Positions 20,203-29,679 of a DNA stretch of 64,000 nucleotides are shown one piece after another. Every line of letters starts with the position of its first letter. The stretch's first letter is position 1. The stretch is taken from the NCBI GenBank assembly GCA_020184695.1, contig JAANOX010000081.1:62001-126000 (forward strand), read 5' to 3'. This stretch comes from Histomonas meleagridis 2922-C6/04-290x (lineage: Eukaryota; Protista; Parabasalia). A program made the translations under genes and the position numbers. The notes under the pieces are model-generated. The model was not told the DNA's origin. It saw nothing but the letters and a program-made list of their open reading frames with translations, and did not search any database.

Positions 20203-20721
20203 TCATGGATAACGTTTAAAGTAATCAAGAATTCCTTGGTATAAGACACTATGACTATTTGAATATGGGTCCTCTGTCTTCATACCATAATATTTCATGG
20301 TTAAATACCTTGCATGATGACAATTATGTGAAAATGTATCAAACGTATGGCCTTTCATAAAATCCGCCATTTTTTCTGCAAATTCACTGACAGTAACCTT
20401 TCGTTTTGGCTTTTGCACTTCCTCTGGATTTTGTCTAAATGTGTAGTATCGAAATTGGAACGACTTTGCATTTGGATCATATTTCCCAACTAAGTTGATA
20501 TAGACAGCACTTTCATTCATGTACTCGATCAAAAGGTCTTCATATTTTGTACGAACGATTACTCCTGAATGTGATAAAACTTTACCATATTTTGTATTTG
20601 TACATGGGCAGTCTAAAGGTCTGACAACTGAAATTGCGGAAACAATTTCATGATTCATAACTTCTTTACTTACATTACACCGAAGCTGTAGATTTGCTCC
20701 CCTGCACGTAACCTTTGCCAT
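20203..20721 (-). CDS. Permuted papain-like (PPPDE/LRAT-like) peptidase
   Basis: SHSGVIV (His) and FDTFSHNCHH (Cys) dyad order and spacing. Confidence 0.5.
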   Translation of the reverse strand: MAKVTCRGANLQLRCNVSKEVMNHEIVSAISVVRPLDCPCTNTKYGKVLSHSGVIVRTKYEDLLIEYMNESAVYINLVGKYDPNAKSFQFRYYTFRQNPEEVQKPKRKVTVSEFAEKMADFMKGHTFDTFSHNCHHARYLTMKYYGMKTEDPYSNSHSVLYQGILDYFKRYP

Positions 20722-21076
20722 TATCCAAGAAAAAGTAATTCAATGATCGTACGATAAGGAGCATTCAAATACCCTCAAATTCAATTATGAACAAACGGTT
20801 TTTAAGAAAAGTCCTTTTGATTCAAAACTTTACATTTGTAAAATCTGGCCATTTATATGAAACAAACGAACAAATGTTAAAAGTATGAACAAGCCTTAAA
20901 AAATATATACAAGATCTTGACCGGTCATTGTTTGAAAGCATTAAATTTTGAGATTTTATTTATATATGAAAAAAAAAAAATTCACATGCACATGTTAAAT
21001 ATATTCTCTATTTAATTAAATATTTTTATTTTTGAGCAAATAATTTTTTACAACTTACTTTTTATTAAACCATGAT

Positions 21077-22332
21077 TTATTTTTTGTTGATGTAATTTCG
21101 CATTATGAACATAAATACTATTGACAAAAGAAGGATCAAAAATCCTTGATTTTTTGTCAATTTATAGAAAATTAAATAAAAGATAATTTTTACTTGATGT
21201 GCTTTACAAGCAATAATAAAAGCAGTTCTAAATCTATTAAGATAACACCGAAATTTGTGATTATATTTTAAATATTTGAAATATACATCAAAACAAATAA
21301 ATAAATATCTTTAGTATTTATATCAATTCCTTTTTGTGCGAGAAGCAATTTTACAATATCAAAATATCCATCATTTATTGCGCACATAATTGCTGTTTCA
21401 AATTTCTTAAATAAATTCCAAATTTAATATTAAAACATAAAACAAAACAAATTAATCCTAAATAAATTAAATAAATATTTTTGGCATTCAAATCAATTTC
21501 TTTATGCTGCAGGAAAATTTTTACAATTTCAGTGTTTCCACTTTTACAAGCATACATTAATGAAGTCCAAAATTATTTAAACAAATTCCAAATTATTGAT
21601 TGAATCATAAAACTCCTGAAATAAATATTGTATGAAATAAACAAATATTTACACTATTAATATCGATTTCTTTTTTATTAAGTAATAATTTAACAATTTC
21701 AGCATGACCTGCTTGAGATGCAATCATTAATGCTGTACGAAATCATCATAATAAATTCCAAAAATCAAATTTAAACATCAAGATAAAGAAAAAAATATGA
21801 AATATTCCAAAAATAACATTTTTAGCATTTACATCAATATCATCATGTTCAAGAAATAACTTTACTATTTCGATTTGTCCAATCAAACTTGCAAATACAA
21901 GCGCAGTTAAAAATTAAATAAATTAACTCCTAATTAAATAATCAAACATTAAATAATATTATTAAACTTTATAAAATATATATAATAATATTTTTAACAT
22001 TTAAGTTGATTTCTTTACGAGCTAGAAGTAATTTAACAATTCCTATATCTCCTTTCATTGATGCTTTCATTAATGCTGTTCTAAATATTTTATAAAAATT
22101 CCATAATTTTTAATTAAACATAAAACTAAAAAATCAAACAATAACTAAAAGAATTAAACATTTCTAGAATTTATATCAATATTTTCTTGTTCAAGAAGTA
22201 ATTTAACTGCTTCTATATTTGGTTTTTGAGATGCCAAAATAATTGCAGAATTAAATAAAATAATTAAATTCCAAAAAAATTTATGAAATCTCATAAAACA
22301 TTAAAAAACATTAAAATTTTTAAATAAACATT
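21077..22332 (-). other. Array of 7 ankyrin coding blocks with intervening sequences, ending in a hydrophobic C-terminal segment (3' part of the gene starting at 23511)
   Basis: Block starts at 22249, 22079, 21907, 21736, 21566, 21396 and 21226 (spacing 170, 172, 171, 170, 170, 170). The last block reads TAFIIACKAHQVKII...QGFLILLLSIVFMFIMRNYINKK* (stop at 21077). Confidence 0.85.
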
Positions 22333-23511
22333 TTGAAAATTAACATCAATTTCTTTTTGATCAAGAATATATTTTATTAATTCATTATTCCATGATTTTA
22401 CAGAGTATAATAATATGTCTTTTGGCATTTTATTATTAAGGAAATCTAATAACAAATACAAATTACCAAATTTTGCTGATTTTTTAAGAATTAAGTCATT
22501 AACTATCATACCTTCATCTATTAAATATGAAAGGATTTCATAATTATTAAACTCAATGCATTTTAAGCCTAAATCAATTAAATTATTAATTTCTTTTAAT
22601 TTGTTATCATAAAGATAATGAAAGATATCATTTCGATGAAATTCTATTGCTGTTTCATAAGCATTATCAAATGATGAATGATTTTGTTCACATAAATGAA
22701 TGATTTCAACATTTCCACCAGCAACAGCAAATTTTCCTGTGTTTTCTAAGTCAGAACCATTAACTAATAAAAATTTAAAACATTTTATTGATCCAAAATA
22801 TGCAGCGAAATTAATAAGTGAAACTTTATCTTTGTTAACAAAAGTACATCTTTCATAAAGTGATGGTTCAATGATTTTATCAAAATCAAATGTAATTTGT
22901 GTTGATATCTCTTGAAGTTTTTCATACTCATCATTTCTAATTGCATTTGTAATATCATTAGGATTAACTCCTTCGTTTATTAATTGTTTATGAAGTTCCC
23001 AATTATGTTGGCGTAAGTTTGTAATATCTTGGAAAAAACGTTCTTTAAATGGAACTCGAAATTTTAAATTTTTTAATCGATCTTCAGACATATAATGTGC
23101 AAAATATAAATTTTCTTTGTTTTTAACTATCGTGGAATCAACATATCCTTCTTCAATCAGTTTTTCAAGAAGATAATTCGATTCTTGTGATTCTAAATCT
23201 AAAAGATATTGTGCAAAAACTTTAAAAATATTTATATTGTTTCCTTTTGATACTTTTTTTTCTTCCATTCCTTTTAAATAACTAAAATAAAAATTATATT
23301 CTTTCCAATGTGAAACAAATGCTGAATATACTAATTGACAAATCGTAAAAATAAAAGAATATGGATAAGATTGATCAATCAAATTAATTGTTGAATCAAT
23401 TGTTGACTCAAAATTATTTTTAGTTAAATTAAAAATAAAATGTTCAAGTAATTTTAATTGGTGTAAATATTCTTTAGTGCAGTGGCAATCATTATCATCG
23501 TTAAGATTCAT
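22291..23511 (-). CDS. DUF3447-type ankyrin-repeat protein, N-terminal ORF (locus 2)
   Basis: SLINFAAYFGSIKCFKFLL, FAVAGGNVEIIHLCEQ and AIEFHRNDIFHYL. The ORF ends EIDVNFQN|VYLKILMFFNVL* inside the first spacer. Confidence 0.85.
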   Translation of the reverse strand: MNLNDDNDCHCTKEYLHQLKLLEHFIFNLTKNNFESTIDSTINLIDQSYPYSFIFTICQLVYSAFVSHWKEYNFYFSYLKGMEEKKVSKGNNINIFKVFAQYLLDLESQESNYLLEKLIEEGYVDSTIVKNKENLYFAHYMSEDRLKNLKFRVPFKERFFQDITNLRQHNWELHKQLINEGVNPNDITNAIRNDEYEKLQEISTQITFDFDKIIEPSLYERCTFVNKDKVSLINFAAYFGSIKCFKFLLVNGSDLENTGKFAVAGGNVEIIHLCEQNHSSFDNAYETAIEFHRNDIFHYLYDNKLKEINNLIDLGLKCIEFNNYEILSYLIDEGMIVNDLILKKSAKFGNLYLLLDFLNNKMPKDILLYSVKSWNNELIKYILDQKEIDVNFQNVYLKILMFFNVL

Positions 23512-23641
23512 TAAATAAAATGTGAAAAAAAAATTGTGTGTTTTATTTCTGTTCGTTTATTTGACCATTTAATACTAAAAAGTGCTAAATTATTTGGAAA
23601 GTAATACTTTATATCAAAAGTGGCATTGGTCTGCTCGACCA

Positions 23642-25057
23642 ATGATAGAAAATAGAAAACAAAATAATGAAACTTACCAATTAAAAAAGAAAATTTCATT
23701 TTTAAATCAATGCCAAAATCAAAAAATAGAAGAAGAAAATCAAGAAATACAAAGTCTTACAAATGAAGAAATCCAATTTTTTATGGAAGGATTAATGTCA
23801 GATGATATAGATTCTCAGTCACTAAGCATTTCATTTTTAACGAATGCAATAGATGCAATTAATGAAAATATTTTGGCAAGAATAATGATAATAGTATATT
23901 CTGGATTACCATTCGAATCTCATGTTATTCAAAAAGACTTAGCTGCTCAAGTTGCATCTCTTATTCGTAAATTAGCCAAAAAATTACCACTTGAAATATT
24001 GACAAAATTTCATTGTCATGAATTTTTATATGATGTCTTAAATCTTGATGACTATGACGCAATTAATGAGGCAATAAAAACCTTAATACTCTTTTCACAA
24101 AATCCTGAACTGCTTAATATATATCTTCAAAATGGAATCCATATAAAGTTAGTTCAAACCATCATGAACCTTATTGGCAACAATCTAATCGGTAATCATC
24201 TTCAATCAATTGGTTCTATTTTTTGTTATTTGAATTTTCTTTTTTCATCTGAAATTCTTATGAACAACGAATTTCAACCTTTTATCAAAAACTTATACAT
24301 TAATATATTTTCTTTTCCACAAGAAGGTCTTTGCGTTAGTTTATCTTCTCTTGCTGTTAATTCACTCAGATTTTTTTGCGAGCATTGCAACGATCAAATT
24401 CTATTCGAAATCCTATCGTTTAACGGCTTCCAAAATTCCATTTTATCTGTTCTAAAAAGTGGAGGCGAAAACATCAAAACCGTATTATCAACAATTGCAA
24501 CAATTTCTGGACATAGTGATGAAATTGTTGAGTTAACAATTCCAATTGTTCAAGATGTAATTCTATTATTTATGCAAACACAAAACACAGTTTCCAAATA
24601 CATTACTTTTTATCTTTCACAAATATTACGAAATTATGCAGCATGTACGCAACCAAAGATTTTAGAATTTCTTACATCGGAACTCCCCACAAGTTTTCTA
24701 TTAAAAATCATTGTAAATTCTTCATTTGACATACAGAAGCAAGTGCATTTTATTGTGTGTTATTTATCACTTAGTCGAAGCTTTCATCCATGGATATTGC
24801 AAAACTTTCCGCTTCATTTTATAGCTGAGATTTTGGACACGAATGATCCCGAAATGTTGTTAAACTCATTCGAATGCATTCGCTCAATCGCAACTTCTCT
24901 TAAAGAAAGCGCGCCAGAAAATTTCAATGCGCTTTACGAAATTTTGTTGGATAATGGAATAGATGAAACTATTGAAGAGGCCGTCCAACAATTCCCTAAC
25001 CAACAATATCTATTAGTGGCAGCGGAACAACTTCAAATCTTTTTGAATTCTCAATAA
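23642..25057 (+). CDS. ARM/HEAT-repeat protein, importin-alpha-like
   Basis: Long helical ORF. The first ATG is at 23642 (the track start is a GTG). A basic N-terminal segment is followed by ARM-like helices; the family call is weak. Confidence 0.55.
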   Translation: MIENRKQNNETYQLKKKISFLNQCQNQKIEEENQEIQSLTNEEIQFFMEGLMSDDIDSQSLSISFLTNAIDAINENILARIMIIVYSGLPFESHVIQKDLAAQVASLIRKLAKKLPLEILTKFHCHEFLYDVLNLDDYDAINEAIKTLILFSQNPELLNIYLQNGIHIKLVQTIMNLIGNNLIGNHLQSIGSIFCYLNFLFSSEILMNNEFQPFIKNLYINIFSFPQEGLCVSLSSLAVNSLRFFCEHCNDQILFEILSFNGFQNSILSVLKSGGENIKTVLSTIATISGHSDEIVELTIPIVQDVILLFMQTQNTVSKYITFYLSQILRNYAACTQPKILEFLTSELPTSFLLKIIVNSSFDIQKQVHFIVCYLSLSRSFHPWILQNFPLHFIAEILDTNDPEMLLNSFECIRSIATSLKESAPENFNALYEILLDNGIDETIEEAVQQFPNQQYLLVAAEQLQIFLNSQ

Positions 25058-25379
25058 ATTATTTGAATTAATTTTAATCATATATTTGATAAATTCAAAT
25101 TTTGTTTTAATCAAAACAAATAAACATATTAATTTGCATATAAAAAACGCTAATTGAATGAGGAATAACAAATTAAAACCACAGGAAGTAAAAACGATTA
25201 ATTTCGAGTGAATTGTCTTACAAAAAGTTTTATCGTACTTCACTTCGAATTGACCAGTCATAAAAATAACTCATTCAAATTGAGTGCGGTTATTAGGTTT
25301 ACTTAAGCATTCAATACATACAAACATTTGCATTCAATTTTTTGAAAGGATTCCGACCTTCTAAAAGTGCCAAGAACAA

Positions 25380-25973
25380 ATGCTTGTTGAAGATGGCAAA
25401 ATAACTTTTCGAGTTGTAACAATCGGAGATTCATCTGTTGGGAAAACATGCATTATCAATCGCTTCATTAATAACAAATATGATTCAAGTCAACCAAATA
25501 CTGTTGGTGCTGCAATGGAATCTTTTAACGATGAACGAGATGGCAAAAAAATAGAAATACAAATATGGGATACAGCAGGACAAGAAAAATATAAGAGTCT
25601 TGGAACTGTTTATTATAGAGGTGCTGCAGCCGTAATTTTTGTTTTTGATCTATCCAATATTCAAACCTTTCGAAACTTAGATGGATGGTTAAGTGCCTTC
25701 CAGCAAGCAGGGAGTGACAAAGCAAAATTCTTTTTGGTTGGAAATAAATGTGATCTTATTTCATGTATCAACCAAAAAGATATTGATGATTGGGCAAACA
25801 CACATAATTGCAGATACTTTTCAACTTCCGCTAAAACAGGAGAAAATATCACAGAATTATACAAGACAATTGTTGATGTTTTGTATGAAACAAATATTCA
25901 TGAGTATCCAGAAGTTCAAAATCTCCGAAATGACGTTAAACTTGAAGGCAATGAAAAAAGTTCTTGTTGCTGA
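25380..25973 (+). CDS. Rab family GTPase
   Basis: GDSSVGKT, WDTAGQE, GNKCD, TSAK and a C-terminal CC prenylation motif. Confidence 0.95.
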   Translation: MLVEDGKITFRVVTIGDSSVGKTCIINRFINNKYDSSQPNTVGAAMESFNDERDGKKIEIQIWDTAGQEKYKSLGTVYYRGAAAVIFVFDLSNIQTFRNLDGWLSAFQQAGSDKAKFFLVGNKCDLISCINQKDIDDWANTHNCRYFSTSAKTGENITELYKTIVDVLYETNIHEYPEVQNLRNDVKLEGNEKSSCC

Positions 25974-26349
25974 GTGATATTTCTTTTTTATAAATATATG
26001 ATAATAAATCATTCTCTCAATAATATTTCTGTAAACTTTTTTGCTGAAGTATTGAAAAGAACTTTTATTACAAATATTTTTTCCTGTGTTTTTCTTCTTT
26101 GCTTTGTTTTTAATTTATTTTTGAATACTTTACATTTCCTGTTTTAAAGGAAACATAATTTCTTGTTATTTTCTTAAATTTATCACACATTTTTCTTGTT
26201 TTTATTTTGGCCATGCCAATTATTCCGTAAATTTATATATAATGTTCAATACTTTCACCAAAAATTCTTTCTACTTCGTTAAATTTTAAAAGTGTAAAAT
26301 TTGTATGCAACTTACGGGATGAAAACGATTTTCGAAAATCATTTTTGGC

Positions 26350-27860
26350 ATGCCAAAAGGAAAAAAGTCAGCTCCTCCACCACCCCAACACCCTTCTAAG
26401 TATTTAGTAGAAAATGCAATTTTAAAAAAGCAATCAAACATTGATGTTGAAGTTGGAAGGCCATTAGTTCGATCACTTAGTAACATCATCAACTTTCACG
26501 ATGAAGATTATGAAATATTCCATATGATAGTTAAAATTGCCAAAGAAGGAAATCGAAACACTAAGCTCAAATGATCATTCAATTAATTGATCTTCTTTTC
26601 CAAGAAGGTTCTGCAGAACTTGTTATAGCTCTTCAAAACCCAAATACTATATATAGAATGGGTGAAGAAGAAATTTGTGGCGATCCCGTTGTTCATCGTG
26701 CACTATGCAATAGCATATCAAATTGGAATCGCAACATTAAAAAGCATGGTACAGTGCACCCTGGGTTTATTGAATGGCAACAAAAAGTCACATCAGCAAA
26801 ATACAAATTTATCATGACACAAGGCATAGCAAATAAGTTCAGCCATGAATTTGGCCTTACCTATGAACTAATTCGCTCATTTGCAGCTGGACTTCTTATC
26901 ACTTCTGCCAACCGTTTACATCCTGATGGGATCCTTCAAATATATAATAATGTCAAGGAAGCCCATAAACGCCTTGAAGAACTCAAGCCAACAATCAGTG
27001 ATCGATATGCCCTTCAGATCATCAAATATCTCATCAACTATTCACTTGTTTGCGAGAGGGCATATGATAAGGTACGAAACAGGGAAAAGTTTAACGAGGA
27101 AGAACTTGTCTCAATTGGCGACCGCGGCATTCCAAAGCCACCAGCATGCCCGCATCAACAAATGATGTATGATCAGCAGATGATGTACGGCGCAGCACCA
27201 CAACAAATGTATCCGCAGCAACAGCCGCCACAGTATCCACAAGTCCCTTCAATCGGACAGCCGCAGATGTATCAGCCGCAGATGCCTCCAGCGCCTGGCT
27301 CTGGATGTCACGCAGCAGCAAACCTTCCACAGCAGCAAATGTATCCGCCAGAATATCCAGGGCAGCAGCAGCAAGAAAATGTAATGTCACCTAAGTTATC
27401 GCAGCCACAGCAACAGCAAATGTACGCACAGCCACCACAGCAGCCGATGTATGGACAAGCGCCGCCTGCGCCAGCATCAGCTAATAAGCCACAGCCGACG
27501 CCATCATATCCGCAGTATCCGCAGCAACAGCAGCAGCAAGCGCCTGCGCAGGGATCTGGCTCCAAGCCGCAGACAGCATATCAGCAGCAAATGTATCAGC
27601 CGCAGGGCGCATCATCGTACCCAGGGCAGCCGCAGCAGATGTACCCTCAGCAGGGGGCTGGATCTAAACAATACCCACAATATCAGCAGTACACACCACC
27701 ACCACAAGGTGCCAAACCTCAGCAAACGTATCCGGGGCAGCCCCAGCAACAGGGGTACCCCCAGTACCAGCAAACGTTCCCCGGGTACCCCCAACAATAC
27801 CCCGGCTACCCTCCACAACAAGGGCAAAATAAGAATACGCCAAACCAATATCCTCAATAG
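26350..27860 (+). CDS. VHS/ENTH-like domain protein with a long Pro/Gln/Tyr-rich tail; split by a 1-nt frameshift at ~26571
   Basis: ORF1 (...EGNRNTKLK) and ORF2 (MIIQLIDLLFQEGSAELVIAL) join into a VHS-like helix pattern if one A is added to CTCAAATGA. The tail is QQPMYPQ-like repeats. Confidence 0.5.
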
Positions 27861-28003
27861 CAACAGCCGTATTATGGGCAATATCCCGGATATCCAAATC
27901 AGTATGGTCAATCGAATAGGTAAAACATAACTTTTTATGGGTTTTATGCAGTTTCTGTTTTCTCACAATTTTTTTTGACATAAATAAAATTTCGGTCTTT
28001 TGA

Positions 28004-28915
28004 ATGCAAATGGATGAGCAGCATTTGATTCTCGAGACGCCGAATTCGTTCTGTAATTTCTTCAGCAGAATTCTCCACAGATTTGAAAATGGAAACGCAC
28101 CATTTGATGGGGAAGATCAATTAATTGGAAACTTTTCTTTTCCATTCGATTCTCATCCAGGACCTATAAGTGATGCAATAACTGATGCAAATGGACTTAG
28201 AAGGACTTTATTCCTTTTTATTTATTGTAAAGAAAATCCTTTAACAAACAAAATAATATCAATATTTAAAAAAGACGAAATTAGCCGAGAAATTCGCAAA
28301 AACTATATTTTTCTTCCATTGGATATTACACATCCAGAAGGTTGGTCTACTGCTACAGCTTTAGATTTTTATAGCGTACCAATAATTGCATTAGTCCGAC
28401 CAAATGGAACAACTCTTTCTGAATCTCAAATCTTTTTCAAGAATCAAGGGCAGATAAGCAGCATAGATTTACTTTCTTCTCTTCGCATTGAAAATCATGA
28501 GCGAAATTCAGATGCCGAGATAATTCATGAGCAAGATCATGAGTTTCAAAATGCTGTTCTCCAAGATCAAGAGAACGAGCGGAAAGAAGCGGAAGTTGAA
28601 CAGCAAGCACAAATCGACAAAAAAAGCGAAGAAATGCGAAAACAAAAAATCGATGACGACTTTGCGAATCTCCCAGAGCCAACAGAAGACTCTTCGACAA
28701 TCAGATTCCACTTTCCGGACAACATCAACAGAGTGCACGTGTTTCCGAGGGACGGACCAATTGAACTTCTTTTCGTTTTCGTGCGGAAGTATATGTACCC
28801 AAAATCATTCTCTTTGAGAACGGGTTTTCCTCAGTTTGTGATTAACGAAAGCGAGGAACCACTGAGGTCGTTGTGCCCGAACAAGCAGTTCATTGTGTAT
28901 GTTGATGAAGAATGA
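28004..28915 (+). CDS. UBX-domain protein (FAF1/FAF2-like: UAS, coiled coil, UBX)
   Basis: LFLFIY...NYIFLPLDITHPEGW (UAS), EQDHEFQNAVLQDQE, and TIRFHFPD...FSLRTGFP (UBX). Confidence 0.85.
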   Translation: MQMDEQHLILETPNSFCNFFSRILHRFENGNAPFDGEDQLIGNFSFPFDSHPGPISDAITDANGLRRTLFLFIYCKENPLTNKIISIFKKDEISREIRKNYIFLPLDITHPEGWSTATALDFYSVPIIALVRPNGTTLSESQIFFKNQGQISSIDLLSSLRIENHERNSDAEIIHEQDHEFQNAVLQDQENERKEAEVEQQAQIDKKSEEMRKQKIDDDFANLPEPTEDSSTIRFHFPDNINRVHVFPRDGPIELLFVFVRKYMYPKSFSLRTGFPQFVINESEEPLRSLCPNKQFIVYVDEE

Positions 28916-29679
28916 GTAAAACAAAAAATTGTGTAAGTGTTGAAAGGTGTCGAATTGTTGTACAGGAAAAGGAAAATGTGAATCTGTGCGGAGTCTTAGG
29001 AAAACGTCAATGATCTTGAATTGATTTTTTTATAGAAATTTCATTGAATAAACTTGTGCGTAATAGAAGTATCATAAGATAATGGTCAAATTTTTTAATT
29101 ATCAAATTTGCTGATTAATATTTTCTTTATTCAAATTAAAAACTATTTGATAAGAGATCCTATTTTTGAATTTCTTGTGTTTTTTATAGTCACTTTTGAA
29201 ACAAAAATATAGAATTACTTCAAATAATTTCTGTAAAGATCAAAACAAAAATAAAAGAAATGGCACATGTAAGGAAAGATATTTGAAAGCATTCATTTAT
29301 GTAGCAAAAGTATTTATTTTGATGTTTGTTTACATCTTATATTTTTTATAAAAAAAAAATATTAGAAAACATAATTAAGAAAATATGAAATTATTTAAAT
29401 TTGATTTAATCATAAAGTTATTTAATTATTCGATAAATGAGTTGGGATACTTGTGCATATTTATTAAATATCAAAACCAATGTGATTACCCTTATAATCA
29501 ATAATTTGACATCGAATCGTTAATAAAAAGTGTCACACTATAACGGGAAATTTTGGAATTTGAACACAACAAATTGCCAATTTTTCAATCGATGTAGTAC
29601 GACAAAATCGAAACGGACGGTTTACTTGAATTACTGTAGATCGCTTGTGAAATTGAATTTGTAACCTAAAAAGTGACAA

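Noticed and set aside
27091-27981. Several antisense/alternate-frame ORFs (Cys/Gly-rich, Leu-rich)
   Set aside because: They are shadows of the CAG/CCG-rich Pro/Gln tail of the VHS-like gene.
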